A stretch of 64,000 nucleotides of DNA from an uncultured Candidatus Saccharibacteria bacterium (GTDB taxonomy: Bacteria; Patescibacteriota; Minisyncoccia; Phycocordibacterales; CALRHW01). Made by a program: the position numbers and the translations under genes. The stretch covers positions 76,003 to 140,002 of the forward strand of contig CAYOUG010000002.1 in assembly GCA_964407105.1 (NCBI GenBank), read 5' to 3'. Positions 29,386 to 39,699 of the stretch are shown piece after piece (the first letter of the stretch is position 1; each line of letters starts with the position of its first letter). The notes below the pieces were generated by a model. It saw only the letters and a list, made by a program, of their open reading frames with translations. It did not search any database and was not told the origin of the DNA.

Positions 29386-30855
29386 TTATGATTGAAGTAA
29401 TGAAATTGCCATGCGAAGTCGTGAAATGGTCTCTGTTTTTCCAAGTATTGAGGCGACAACAAAAGGGTCAGGAGACTTTTCTTTACCAGTAAGCGCAAAA
29501 CGAATTGGCCACAATACTGATCCCCTTCCCTTTTCTGTTGCGTAATCCCACAATGTGGCTTTTATTTTTTCTGAAGAATCCCAGTCTGATTCTGGTATTA
29601 TTTCTAGTTTTTTTATTGTTTCATTTAAATGTTTTGTTGTTGTGTCAAAACCTATATCATCTTTCCAAACCAGAAATTCTTTTTTGTAAGTTGGTGTAAC
29701 AAAAAAATATAACAACTCGCCCTCTTTTAACATAGTGTTTAAATCACTCCATTTTTGAACATGTTCAAGAACGATTGGGCTGATTTGTTTTATGAGTTTG
29801 TTTGTTACAACAAGCTTACTATCATAAGACGTAATCACATTACCAATCATTTCATGAAGTTTTTCTGGTGGCAGACGTTTTATCCACTCGTGGTTTAGCC
29901 AAAGAAGTTTTGTTTCATTAAATGCACCACCAGCTTTTTGAATTTTATTTAAATCAAATGCTTCAATAAGCTCATCATGGTCAAATATTTCTTGTTCGGT
30001 GCCAGGATTCCAGCCTATGAGCGCAAGAAAATTACGCATAGCTTCAGGCAAATATCCTTCGGTGCGATATTCTAAAATATCTTTTGCCCCGTCGCGTTTT
30101 CCGAGTTTTTTTGTGCGATCGTCTTTGAGAATTGGCGGAAGAGTTGCAAATATCGGTCGTTCTATTCCAAGCGCATCATAAAGACTTAAAAAACGCGGCG
30201 TACTCGAAATAAATTCATCGGCGCGCATGATATGTGTTACACCCATCAAATAATCATCAATAATATGAGCAAAATTATATGTTGGATATCCGTCGCTTTT
30301 AATAAGAACAAAATCATCAAGTGCTTCTTCGCCAGCTTCGAGATCGCCGCGCACAGCGTCATTCCATTTATAGCGTTTTATTTCTGGCACCTTGAGACGA
30401 AGTGGTTTTGTGCCGTCCCATTTTTCAAAAATTTCTGGTCTGTGGTTGCGATATAAAAATGGTCGTTTCTCTGCTTCTGCTTGTTTGCGAAAAACTTCAA
30501 GCTCAGCTTGAGTATATGGATCAGGATAAGCTAAACCCTTTTCAATAAGTTTTTGTGCGTATTCTTTGTATGTTTCAAGACGCTCTGATTGAATACAAGA
30601 GCCAAAAGGTGTTTCGGTGTCCGGACCATAATCCCAGTTTATTCCGAGCCATTTTAAGGATTCTTCAATGTGTGCAATAGAACCTTCTACCTCTCTCTCT
30701 TTGTCTGTGTCTTCGATACGTAAAATAAATGTGCCGTTATTTTTTCGCGCCCAAAGATATGCAAAAAGAGCCGTGCGTACTCCACCAATATGCAAAAAAC
30801 CAGTTGGTGATGGTGCAAATCTTGTGACTACTTTTTGTGATTTTGTTTCTGACAT
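29386..30855 (-). CDS. gltX: Glutamate--tRNA ligase
   Basis: RFAPSPTGFLHIGG, RIEDTD, KLGKR. Confidence 0.97.
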   Translation of the reverse strand: MSETKSQKVVTRFAPSPTGFLHIGGVRTALFAYLWARKNNGTFILRIEDTDKEREVEGSIAHIEESLKWLGINWDYGPDTETPFGSCIQSERLETYKEYAQKLIEKGLAYPDPYTQAELEVFRKQAEAEKRPFLYRNHRPEIFEKWDGTKPLRLKVPEIKRYKWNDAVRGDLEAGEEALDDFVLIKSDGYPTYNFAHIIDDYLMGVTHIMRADEFISSTPRFLSLYDALGIERPIFATLPPILKDDRTKKLGKRDGAKDILEYRTEGYLPEAMRNFLALIGWNPGTEQEIFDHDELIEAFDLNKIQKAGGAFNETKLLWLNHEWIKRLPPEKLHEMIGNVITSYDSKLVVTNKLIKQISPIVLEHVQKWSDLNTMLKEGELLYFFVTPTYKKEFLVWKDDIGFDTTTKHLNETIKKLEIIPESDWDSSEKIKATLWDYATEKGRGSVLWPIRFALTGKEKSPDPFVVASILGKTETISRLRMAISLLQS

Positions 30856-30868
30856 CGTGTGTACTGTA

Positions 30869-31996
30869 TTATTGTTCGTGACTTAAGGCAATAGCTAAAA
30901 TTTCTTTTGCGATGAGTCTTGCGGAATCTGTTTTTACAAAAGATTTTGTGGCAAGACGCATTTTTTCTTTCTGATCTTCGTGATCGATAATGCGCTCTAT
31001 TTCTGACACAAGAATGTTTGAAGAAAGATTTTCTTCTTCGATAACGAGTCCTGCGCCACTACGTGCATATGCAAAAGCATTTTTGCGTTGGTGGTCGCCG
31101 TTTGAGTCGGTGATGGGTATTAAAATACTTGGTGTGCCCCACGATGCAATTTCAAAAATTACCGAGCCAGCGCGTGATACAACAAGTGAAGCGGTGCCTG
31201 CGGCCATGCGTAATGCAAGTGTATCTAGATAATCAAATGGCTTGTAGCGATCTTTGTGATGACTGTTTATGAGCATTGCGCTTGTACGACCAAGAACTTC
31301 TTTAAAATTTCTTTTCCCTGTTTGGTGAATAATTTGATATTTTTCTACAAGTCTAGGTAAAGCATCAGTAATTGCTTCGTTTATAATTTGCGAACCTAGA
31401 GAACCTCCGAGTATAAGAATAACCGGAACATCACGTTCTAGTTTGAAAAATTCATACGAACCTTCTTTTAATGGTGTGGCGATTTCTTTTCTAATCGGAT
31501 TGCCTGTAAGTATTATTTTTTCTTTTTTGAAATATTGTGATGCTTCTGGATATGAAAGTGCTATGCGTTGTGCAAATTTTCCAGCCCACATATTTACTTT
31601 ACCCGGTACAGTGTCTGATTCGTGTATAACAACAGGAATGCGCAATAGACGTGCCGCAAAAAGTGCTGGGAAACTTGCATAGCCTCCCTTTCCAAAAACA
31701 ACATCTGGGTATATTGAATATATTTGCCACATTGATTTTAAAATACCAATACCAGTTTTAAACAGGTCAAAAAAATTCATTATAGAAAAATATCGTCGAA
31801 TTTTACCGGCATAATTTTTTCGATATTCTATGTTGTTATCAAAAAGTATGCCTGCGTTGTATGGATTTGGTGAAATGTAATAAAGATTTGGTTGAATAAG
31901 TCTGTTTTCTTTGCTTAACGCGTTGATTTCTTCTGCAACAGAAATAATCGGATAAAAATGTCCACCAGATCCTCCTCCCGTAAATAATATTTTCAT
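30869..31996 (-). CDS. murG: MurG glycosyltransferase
   Basis: TGGGSGGHFYP, GKGGY, GNPIR, GGSLG, HQRKNA. Confidence 0.96.
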   Translation of the reverse strand: MKILFTGGGSGGHFYPIISVAEEINALSKENRLIQPNLYYISPNPYNAGILFDNNIEYRKNYAGKIRRYFSIMNFFDLFKTGIGILKSMWQIYSIYPDVVFGKGGYASFPALFAARLLRIPVVIHESDTVPGKVNMWAGKFAQRIALSYPEASQYFKKEKIILTGNPIRKEIATPLKEGSYEFFKLERDVPVILILGGSLGSQIINEAITDALPRLVEKYQIIHQTGKRNFKEVLGRTSAMLINSHHKDRYKPFDYLDTLALRMAAGTASLVVSRAGSVIFEIASWGTPSILIPITDSNGDHQRKNAFAYARSGAGLVIEEENLSSNILVSEIERIIDHEDQKEKMRLATKSFVKTDSARLIAKEILAIALSHEQ

Positions 31997-32014
31997 ATCT
32001 AATTTTGATTTTAT

Positions 32015-33121
32015 TTATTCAGAATCCATTTTTTGATATTTTGAAATATTTAAAAGTATTCCTACTTCTGCAAGAGTCACAAGCAAAGCGGTGCCACCAT
32101 GACTTACGAAGGGTAATGGAATTCCGGAAAGCGGAAAAACATTTAACATCGAAGCGATATTTATGAGTGCTTGCGACAAAATTAGTATAACAATTCCCAC
32201 AGCCATCAGTCCACCAAACATATCTGTTGATCGACCAGCAATTTTAAATCCCCTAAAAGCAAAAAATAAGAACATTCCAACAATAAATACGCCACCAATC
32301 ATGCCAAATTCTTCTGCGGCCACAGCAAAAATAGAATCCCCAATAGGTTCTGGAAGAAAATTAAACTTTTGAATACTTTTTCCAAACCCCCTACCAGTAA
32401 CTCCGCCCGAACCTATCGCAATAAGTGATTGTTGAATTTGATAACTTGAACCAAGTGAATCTTGGTTTGGGTTTATAAAAGTAGTTAACCTTTCCACAAG
32501 ATATGGTCGTGTCATGGCAATAGAAGCAAGACCGATACCTGCTATGAGTATTGTAAGTAAAATGTAACGCCATTTTCCACCACCCACCGAAAACATTGCA
32601 AGGCCAGCTAAAAAAATAACAAAAAAAGTATCGGTATCGGGCTGACTCAATAATAATCCACCCACAATCGCAACGGTTATAACAAAAGGTAAAAAACCAT
32701 ATGAAAAAGTTTTAATTCCTTGTTTTATATTTGTTACCCAAGCCGCCCAATATATAATAAAACCAATTTTTAAAAATTCTGAAGGTTGAAAAGAAAATGA
32801 ACCCAAAATAATCCATCTTTTTGCGCCACCATGCTCAAAACCTATTTGTGGTACAAAAACAAGCGCGGTAAGTATAAGTGAACCGACAAATAAAACTAAT
32901 GCATTTTTTTTCCAAAACTGATAATTTATTTTTGACGTAATTAAAAAAAAGATAGTACCCAAAAAAAGTCCGTAAAACGTTTGATTAAATGCAACATTTG
33001 AAAAACGTGACCCTTCGCGAGCAAGTAAGCCGAGTGATGCCGAACTAAAAATAACAAAACCACCAATAGCCAAAATAAAAATAGAAATAAGTAATGGCTT
33101 GTCTACGTGAAGTTTTTTCAT
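32015..33121 (-). CDS. ftsW: SEDS peptidoglycan polymerase FtsW
   Basis: GAKRWI, FQPSEFLK, QPD, LPFVSHGG; upstream of murG. Confidence 0.93.
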   Translation of the reverse strand: MKKLHVDKPLLISIFILAIGGFVIFSSASLGLLAREGSRFSNVAFNQTFYGLFLGTIFFLITSKINYQFWKKNALVLFVGSLILTALVFVPQIGFEHGGAKRWIILGSFSFQPSEFLKIGFIIYWAAWVTNIKQGIKTFSYGFLPFVITVAIVGGLLLSQPDTDTFFVIFLAGLAMFSVGGGKWRYILLTILIAGIGLASIAMTRPYLVERLTTFINPNQDSLGSSYQIQQSLIAIGSGGVTGRGFGKSIQKFNFLPEPIGDSIFAVAAEEFGMIGGVFIVGMFLFFAFRGFKIAGRSTDMFGGLMAVGIVILILSQALINIASMLNVFPLSGIPLPFVSHGGTALLVTLAEVGILLNISKYQKMDSE

Positions 33122-33173
33122 GGTGCTAAAAAATGTGTTTATACAATTATGACATATTTTTTTATATGAAGAA

Positions 33174-33197
33174 GGGCGCGCCACGTGTGGCGCGCCC
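33174..33197 (-). terminator. GC-rich hairpin terminating cassette E
   Basis: GGGCGCGCCA cgtg TGGCGCGCCC. Confidence 0.75.
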
Positions 33198-33228
33198 AAG
33201 TTTTGCTGTTGGGGTTTTGATTCAGGTG

Positions 33229-33750
33229 TTAGGCGGCCACTTTTTCAGGCGGCGAAACCAACACCTGACACACAATGGTTGTTCCAGAAATAGCGACGCT
33301 ATGAATGTCTCGACATTCGTGGTCACAACCATACTCTTTTAGAAGGTCGCCAATGTGCGCGTTGCACAAACCCGACAACCAAAGAGTTTCATCGCAAACG
33401 ACATCGCTGTCGGTCGAGCAATGGGTTTCCCACGCCCAGTGACCGATATACATCAGTCGTTTGATGAGATCTGCTACTGCTTCGGTCACTTCGTAGTGAC
33501 AATCACACACCTCAAATTTGATCTTTGGGTATGCTTTGGCGATCCGTTCTTCTCGTCTGGTGCGGTAAATGATCGCTGCGTCTTCGTCGCTGTCCTCGAG
33601 TTTCTTGATTCGAGCAATTTCTAGACGCCGAATTTCTTCGGCGATGTTCTCTGTGCGTGCCCAAAGATCACCCGTTTTCCCAGCTACCCGTGCAAGGGTG
33701 GCCAGAGACATACTTTCCGTTGCCCCCTCAAACACAACCATTTCAGTCAT
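33229..33750 (-). CDS. Orphan hypothetical protein, Cys/His-containing (cassette E)
   Basis: 173-aa ORF, GGGGTGG SD, own promoter and terminator. Confidence 0.65.
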   Translation of the reverse strand: MTEMVVFEGATESMSLATLARVAGKTGDLWARTENIAEEIRRLEIARIKKLEDSDEDAAIIYRTRREERIAKAYPKIKFEVCDCHYEVTEAVADLIKRLMYIGHWAWETHCSTDSDVVCDETLWLSGLCNAHIGDLLKEYGCDHECRDIHSVAISGTTIVCQVLVSPPEKVAA

Positions 33751-33811
33751 GATCCACCCCTATATTCTAATGGTGCGAAATGACGTTCTGAATTAGAACA
33801 GTCTGAAAAAT

Positions 33812-33840
33812 ATTCTAGTATAAAAAAGAGACCAAGTCAA
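33812..33840 (-). promoter_or_regulatory. sigma70-type promoter, cassette E
   Basis: TTGACT-17-TAGAAT beginning 1 nt after mraY stop. Confidence 0.75.
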
Positions 33841-33841
33841 T

Positions 33842-34918
33842 TTATCCAACAAGCCCCAAAATGACACCAAGAATAGCGAAAATTACGCCAATAATCCAAA
33901 ATCGCATTGTTACTTTGTAAGCTGGCCAACCTATCGCTTCAAAATGATGATGAATGGGTGCCACAAGAAAAACTTTTTTACCATTGCGAAATTTTTTAGA
34001 AAGAAGTTGAATACTACTTGAAAGCGATGTGAGAATAAGAGGTGCCGCGATGATTGGAAGTACCAAAATACCGTATCCACCACCCAGTGTGTCAGTCATA
34101 AATGCCACCACGGTGAGTGTGACGGTGAGCCCCATACTTCCAGTTTCAGACATGTAATAGCGAGCTGGTGGAATATTAAACCACAAAAAAGCAAGAATAG
34201 AACCAACCACAAGAGCACAAAAAGCAGCGAGATTTATTTGTTGTTGGTAAAATGCGATACCTCCATACGCTCCAAAAATAATAGCCATAATGCCTCCAGC
34301 AAGTCCGTCTATTCCGTCGATAACTCCACCAGAATAAATTGCCATCATAACAACCATAAAAAATGGAATAAACAACCAGCCAAGTTCTATGGCGCCCAGG
34401 TTACCGGGTAATCCAATTGAAGACACATCAAGTTTGAAATAAAACCACAAACTACACATAAAACCAATTAAAGCTACTACAACAAGACGTTTTTTTAGAG
34501 AAAGACCGCCAGCAATATGATCGCGACTTCCTTTTATTTCCATAAAATCATCTAACAAACCCACAAGTGAACCGGTAATAAGTGTAAAAAGTGGAATCCA
34601 TGTTTGATTCCTACTCAAAAAATCAATTTTGCTTGTAAGGTCGGTTGGCATAATGCGCGCGATAAACCAAATACCGACAATTGTGACAAAAGCACTAAAC
34701 CAAATAACAATTCCCCCCATTTTTGGTGTGCCCACCTCTTTGTGTTTGTGGAGTTCGTTGAAAATCGGTGTTTCTCTGCCGTCTGGACCTATTTTTCCGG
34801 CTTTCTTTTTCCACATTTTGTGTTTATAAAGAAAATTTGTGAGAAGCGGTGTAAATGCAATACCAATTACGAAAGCTATCACAGACGGAAGAAATACTTT
34901 TACAATGTCGATAATCAT
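33842..34918 (-). CDS. mraY: Phospho-MurNAc-pentapeptide transferase
   Basis: GTPKMGG, GLLDD, DGIDGLA, APIHHHFE. Confidence 0.96.
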   Translation of the reverse strand: MIIDIVKVFLPSVIAFVIGIAFTPLLTNFLYKHKMWKKKAGKIGPDGRETPIFNELHKHKEVGTPKMGGIVIWFSAFVTIVGIWFIARIMPTDLTSKIDFLSRNQTWIPLFTLITGSLVGLLDDFMEIKGSRDHIAGGLSLKKRLVVVALIGFMCSLWFYFKLDVSSIGLPGNLGAIELGWLFIPFFMVVMMAIYSGGVIDGIDGLAGGIMAIIFGAYGGIAFYQQQINLAAFCALVVGSILAFLWFNIPPARYYMSETGSMGLTVTLTVVAFMTDTLGGGYGILVLPIIAAPLILTSLSSSIQLLSKKFRNGKKVFLVAPIHHHFEAIGWPAYKVTMRFWIIGVIFAILGVILGLVG

Positions 34919-34919
34919 A

Positions 34920-35864
34920 TTATTGTTGATCTAAATATACCCTACTTGCATTAATAAGTGTCTCTACATCAGCAAAACGTCCTTCGGGGGTTGATCCTAA
35001 CACAGAAATTATAATTGGTCTTCCGAGTTGTGGGTCAAAAGTGATTACGAGATTGCCACCAGCAAGAGAGGTGTAGCCTGTTTTTGAGGCAATTATACCC
35101 GGTATTTTATCTACGGAATTGTTTGTGTTTTCTGCAACGTGAACAATGTTGCTGTCTGAAGTAATTTCTTTTCGACTATATCTTGTGCTGTCCATAAGGT
35201 CTGGATAATTTCGCAAAGCATATTCAAACAAAAGTGCCATTTCGTGCGCAGTACCGTATGCGCCACCAAGCGTTTCGTTTGTGTCGAGTCCGTCTTCATT
35301 TGTAAAATAAGTTTTTTTAAGACCAATTTTTTGAGCCTTTTCGTTCATTAAATTTATAAATTCTCTTCTACCCATTTCTATATCTTTTGTGCCGTTGTGC
35401 ATTGAGCCTATTACAGACGCTATAGCCCTTGAACCATCATTTGAAGAAGTTGTGAGACTAAAATCAACAAGATCTTTTAAATTCCACTGTTCATTTACAA
35501 AAAGTCCGGAGTCTCCCTCTTCTTCTAAAAATTCTTTTTGAATTGCAATAGACGTGTAAGATGGTTCAAGTTCTACTGCGGTCACGGCCATCATTACTTT
35601 GGTGAGTGAAGCTAGTGGCAAAACCATATCGTCTTTTTGTCCAAATAACATTTTTTGTTCTTTTACGTCCCACACAAAAGCGGCAGTAGCACTTAATTTT
35701 ATATCTAAAAATGGGTCAACGTATTTTTTTGTTGCTATTGAATGTTTTATTGTATCTGTTTTTATATTTCGCATTGAACCGAAATATAGAATAAAAAGTA
35801 TCAGTATCAATATAAGTGATATTATTGGCACTATGATTTTTTGAAATGTATTAGTTTGCTCCAT
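34920..35864 (-). CDS. D-alanyl-D-alanine carboxypeptidase (S11)
   Basis: ASLTK (SxxK), SSN, KTG motifs. Confidence 0.9.
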   Translation of the reverse strand: MEQTNTFQKIIVPIISLILILILFILYFGSMRNIKTDTIKHSIATKKYVDPFLDIKLSATAAFVWDVKEQKMLFGQKDDMVLPLASLTKVMMAVTAVELEPSYTSIAIQKEFLEEEGDSGLFVNEQWNLKDLVDFSLTTSSNDGSRAIASVIGSMHNGTKDIEMGRREFINLMNEKAQKIGLKKTYFTNEDGLDTNETLGGAYGTAHEMALLFEYALRNYPDLMDSTRYSRKEITSDSNIVHVAENTNNSVDKIPGIIASKTGYTSLAGGNLVITFDPQLGRPIIISVLGSTPEGRFADVETLINASRVYLDQQ

Positions 35865-36426
35865 CACTTTTTGTTTCAGTATCTTTGGTTTCGATTTTGG
35901 TTTCCTCTAATTTTTTTTGCATATCAAAATATTCTGGCATTTCTGATACATTTTGTATGCCCAAGTATGATAATAACTCAAATGTCGGTTTGTAGCTAAA
36001 ACTTCGATCACCCTCTTTGCTGTCTGTTTTTTCTATTAATCCACGAATAAGAAGATTGCGAATTATAAAACTTGAATTTACTCCACGAATATGGTCAATT
36101 TCTCGTCGGGAAATGGGGCCTTTATATACAACGAGTGTGAGTACCTCAAGTCCAGCTTTTCCAAGATCTGAAATGAGTTCTTCTTTTGTGATCGTGGCAA
36201 TAATTTCACTCGCTTCTGGTGCGGTCGCAAGCATTATGTCATCATCATTTTGCATCAAACGAATACCGCGATTTTTTAAAGATTCATTTAAAATCAAAAC
36301 GGCGTCGTCTACTTCTTTTTTTGTTACACTCAAAAGTGTTGCGAGCTTTTCTGTGGATATTGGCTCGTTTTTAAAAAACAATACAGATTCTATTTGTTGT
36401 TCAAGTGACATGTTTTTATGATCCAT
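35851..36426 (-). CDS. scpB: Segregation/condensation protein ScpB
   Basis: IESVLF, LEVLTLVVYKGPISRREIDHIRGVNS. Confidence 0.93.
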   Translation of the reverse strand: MDHKNMSLEQQIESVLFFKNEPISTEKLATLLSVTKKEVDDAVLILNESLKNRGIRLMQNDDDIMLATAPEASEIIATITKEELISDLGKAGLEVLTLVVYKGPISRREIDHIRGVNSSFIIRNLLIRGLIEKTDSKEGDRSFSYKPTFELLSYLGIQNVSEMPEYFDMQKKLEETKIETKDTETKSDGAN

Positions 36427-37153
36427 ACGAAGGAAGGGATATCTCGCTTGTTTCTAGGTGAATATCGCCTTTTCCGCTTTCTTGATGAGCACTAATAATA
36501 CCCTGTTTTACCAATTCAAGCATTGCTAAAAACCCGACAATCACGTGTACTCTATCTTCTCTTGAAATTGCTTTTTTCCCTCCAGAAAAATCTGAAAAAC
36601 TCATTTTAAGTCCAGCTTTTATTCTGGTTGTAAGGCGTTCGATCATTTCTTCCATACTTATTACTTTTTGAACAATCGCTTTCGGTACATTTTCAATTTT
36701 TGGAAGATTGTTCAAAACTTCTCGCAGTGCAGAAAGTAAATTTGGGAGTGTGATATGTTTTTCTGGCGAAAAAACAGGATTTATATATTTTGGTGGATTT
36801 TTTGCAAACATCATATTTTTTCCAAAACGTGATTTTAAATGAACACCCAATTCTTTTATACGTTTATATTCTTTTAATCTATCTTCAAGATCATCTATAC
36901 TCTGTTCTTCTTCTTCAGTAAGATTTATTCCGGGCAAAAGAGATTTCGATTTTATCAAAAGCAGTGTTGATGCTACTAAAATAAAGTGTGCTCTGTTGCC
37001 AAGAGAAATTTCTGTAGAGTTTTGTATAAAAGCAATATAATCATCTGTCACTTTTGAAAGTGAGATGTCGTTTATAAAAAGCTTTCTTTTTTCGATTAGA
37101 CCAAGAAGCAGATCAAGCGGGCCCTCAAATACTTCCGTTTTTACATTCCACAT
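36416..37153 (-). CDS. scpA: Segregation/condensation protein ScpA
   Basis: FEGPLDLLL, IKSKSLLP, FLAMLELVK. Confidence 0.93.
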   Translation of the reverse strand: MWNVKTEVFEGPLDLLLGLIEKRKLFINDISLSKVTDDYIAFIQNSTEISLGNRAHFILVASTLLLIKSKSLLPGINLTEEEEQSIDDLEDRLKEYKRIKELGVHLKSRFGKNMMFAKNPPKYINPVFSPEKHITLPNLLSALREVLNNLPKIENVPKAIVQKVISMEEMIERLTTRIKAGLKMSFSDFSGGKKAISREDRVHVIVGFLAMLELVKQGIISAHQESGKGDIHLETSEISLPSYGS

Positions 37154-37172
37154 GGTAATAACAATATGGTAT

Positions 37173-38519
37173 TTAGAAAGGCAATTCAAGATAAAAATCT
37201 GAACCCTTATTTTCTACAGAAGAAAAGTTTACGCTACCATCGTGGGCTTTCATGATCATTTTTACAAGATACAAACCAATACCAGTCCCCTCTGTATTTT
37301 TTGCATTTTTGGCTCTGTAAAAATTACTAAATAAATGACTTTGTTCTGTTTTTGGTACGCCGATTCCACTATCTACAACATGTATTGTGTATTTATGTGA
37401 AGATATTTGGGTGTGTATTTTTACTGTGCCACCAGAGTGAGAATATTTAACTGCATTACTTATAAGATTATCAAGTGCAAGATATATACGATCTTTGTCT
37501 ATATAAAGTTGACGTTCTGCAGAGGTTGATAAATCAACAACAATCGAGATGTTTTTTTTGTCTGCTTCTGGTTTGTTATCTTCCGCAACTTTTTTAATCA
37601 GTGTCGAGATTTGAGTGTATTCTTTTGTGATGAATATTTTTCCGTCACGTTCTATGCGAGACATATCAAGAAAATCTCGCATCAACGCTAACATTTTTTT
37701 GTTAAGCTCTTTAATTTTTTGTATCAAAGATCTTTGTTCTACTGAAAGGGTTGTATTTGAATTCATAAGTTCGTCTGTTGCCCAACCAATACCAGAGAGT
37801 GGTGTTCGAAGTTGGTGGGAAGCAAAATACACAAATTGTTTTATCAGTTCATTGTATCGGGTGAGTCTTTCAATAAACATTGCGGTGCGCAGTCTGTTTA
37901 TGAAAAAAATAACGAGAAGAATAATTGAGAATAGAATAATAACGATTGGTATTATTTCTGCAGACCACACCTCTCTTTTCCACTCTTGTGAATTTATATC
38001 AATACCTATCACTGCGATTGTTGCTCCGGTTTTAAAATCATAAATCGGTGCTGTGGCACTTACCCAATTTCCCCACGAGTCTGTATAGGGCCCCTCTATA
38101 AATGGGGTTTTATTAAAAAACACAGCGATTTGTTCTGGGGTTGCGTCTGTGTAAACATCTCCAGGTGCAGAATAATCCTCTGACCCTTCGGGTTCTGAAT
38201 CAACGTAAAAAAACATTTGGTTATTTTCATAACCCATAAGATACACAAAGCGAGCTGCTGGATCAGCTTTTTTTATTTCCCGCATTTTTTCTTTGAGCTC
38301 TTTGTACGATGGATTATTTAAATCCTCTGGTGTTCCGTGTAAATTTAAAATAGTTTGTGAATCAAGTGAACGCGAAACCATTTCTGTTTTTACAGAAAAA
38401 GCTTTTCGTAGGCGAGCGTCTTCAAATTTACCTACATAAAAAGCACTCAATATACCCACAAGAATTAGCGCGCCAAGAAGAGTAATAAAAATACCTATAT
38501 ATGTTTTGGTGTTACGCAT
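37173..38519 (-). CDS. Sensor histidine kinase with extracellular Cache-like domain
   Basis: Two TMs, YTDSWG, SHQLRTPL H-box, NAVKY, DSGIG, GTGIGL. Confidence 0.92.
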   Translation of the reverse strand: MRNTKTYIGIFITLLGALILVGILSAFYVGKFEDARLRKAFSVKTEMVSRSLDSQTILNLHGTPEDLNNPSYKELKEKMREIKKADPAARFVYLMGYENNQMFFYVDSEPEGSEDYSAPGDVYTDATPEQIAVFFNKTPFIEGPYTDSWGNWVSATAPIYDFKTGATIAVIGIDINSQEWKREVWSAEIIPIVIILFSIILLVIFFINRLRTAMFIERLTRYNELIKQFVYFASHQLRTPLSGIGWATDELMNSNTTLSVEQRSLIQKIKELNKKMLALMRDFLDMSRIERDGKIFITKEYTQISTLIKKVAEDNKPEADKKNISIVVDLSTSAERQLYIDKDRIYLALDNLISNAVKYSHSGGTVKIHTQISSHKYTIHVVDSGIGVPKTEQSHLFSNFYRAKNAKNTEGTGIGLYLVKMIMKAHDGSVNFSSVENKGSDFYLELPF

Positions 38520-38552
38520 TTCCTTACATTCTATCTTTTTTAATAAGGGAAT

Positions 38553-39149
38553 TCAAATGACTTTATGTTGTTTTTTCCTCTTAATAAAAAATGTCATTAT
38601 CGTATTTGTACAAATCATCGATACAGAATGAATTGTGGTGGCGATGTTGTATGACTGTAAAGAAAAAAGTGTGAGTATGTGGCGCGCGACATTCATTTCA
38701 TACAAAAGCGGTTGTTCTGTTTTTGGTTGCGACCACGTTTTTCGTAGGGTGGGTATAAAAGCTACGATGTCTATGAGTACCACGATGACGACAGATATTG
38801 TGGGATCTTTTGTAAGCGCCCAAGGGATGAGCCCGAGAAGTGCTATTGCGAGGAAATAGTGGTCTATGGTGCGTATCTGGGCGCGTATATGCTCAGATTT
38901 TCCCATAAAAAGATATTTAAGCGAAAAAAGAAAAATAATAATGGTAAACGCTTCGGCTACGCCGGTGGGCAGTGCGCCTATCCCCGCCCCCTTTGCAAGT
39001 CCACCAAAAAAAGTGGTCATGGAAACGATAGACCATATAAACCACGTGTATGGATGCGGATGCACGACCCCTTTCGCTACGTCTTTGAGATACGAGATGT
39101 TGCCGACAAATGCTAGGACCGCAGCGATGATGGCGAGGAGTTCTTTCAT
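38553..39149 (-). CDS. Conserved multi-TM hypothetical protein (PQ-loop-like)
   Basis: YLKD..G..PH.YTW.IW and IPTLRKTW.QP.TE repeats. Confidence 0.7.
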   Translation of the reverse strand: MKELLAIIAAVLAFVGNISYLKDVAKGVVHPHPYTWFIWSIVSMTTFFGGLAKGAGIGALPTGVAEAFTIIIFLFSLKYLFMGKSEHIRAQIRTIDHYFLAIALLGLIPWALTKDPTISVVIVVLIDIVAFIPTLRKTWSQPKTEQPLLYEMNVARHILTLFSLQSYNIATTIHSVSMICTNTIMTFFIKRKKQHKVI

Positions 39150-39170
39150 AAAGCAATGATAGCAAATTTA

Positions 39171-39680
39171 TTAATTATCAACCTTTCGTTCTATTTTGAA
39201 TGGTAACGAGTTTACAAGTTTTTCGCCGTTTGAGCTGTAGATCCAACTAAATAGTTTGATATCCGGATTATTCTTCCTGAATTTTTCTACAGTTTCGATA
39301 ATCAGTTCTTTGGCGATTCCTTTTCTACGGAATTCGGGAATTGTAAATGACATGCAAAGATATAACGCCCCATATGTTTGTGCAGGAATCGTCTGTTCAA
39401 ACATCTCTCGTTCAGTGATTTCTTTTCTTATAAATTTTTCCTTAAGCTCTAGGGTGGTTGGAATACTTATCATCCAAGAAACGGGGTTATTATTGTTATC
39501 GAGCGCGGTGTTAAAACAATATGGAGAAAGTTGTCTCATTTTCTCTCGCGATGTTTCTGATACTGGTATTTGTTCAGGATCTATTGCTGTACCAAAAAAC
39601 TGCTCAGTAATAGTTGCAATCTTTTCAATCGCAGGCATTTCAAATGTAGAATGTAGACCGAGTGATTTGAGTTGGTTCAT
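39171..39680 (-). CDS. GNAT-fold protein
   Basis: TIPEFRRKGIAKELI acetyl-CoA motif A. Confidence 0.7.
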   Translation of the reverse strand: MNQLKSLGLHSTFEMPAIEKIATITEQFFGTAIDPEQIPVSETSREKMRQLSPYCFNTALDNNNNPVSWMISIPTTLELKEKFIRKEITEREMFEQTIPAQTYGALYLCMSFTIPEFRRKGIAKELIIETVEKFRKNNPDIKLFSWIYSSNGEKLVNSLPFKIERKVDN

Positions 39681-39699
39681 AGAATGAATAGTAGCAAAA

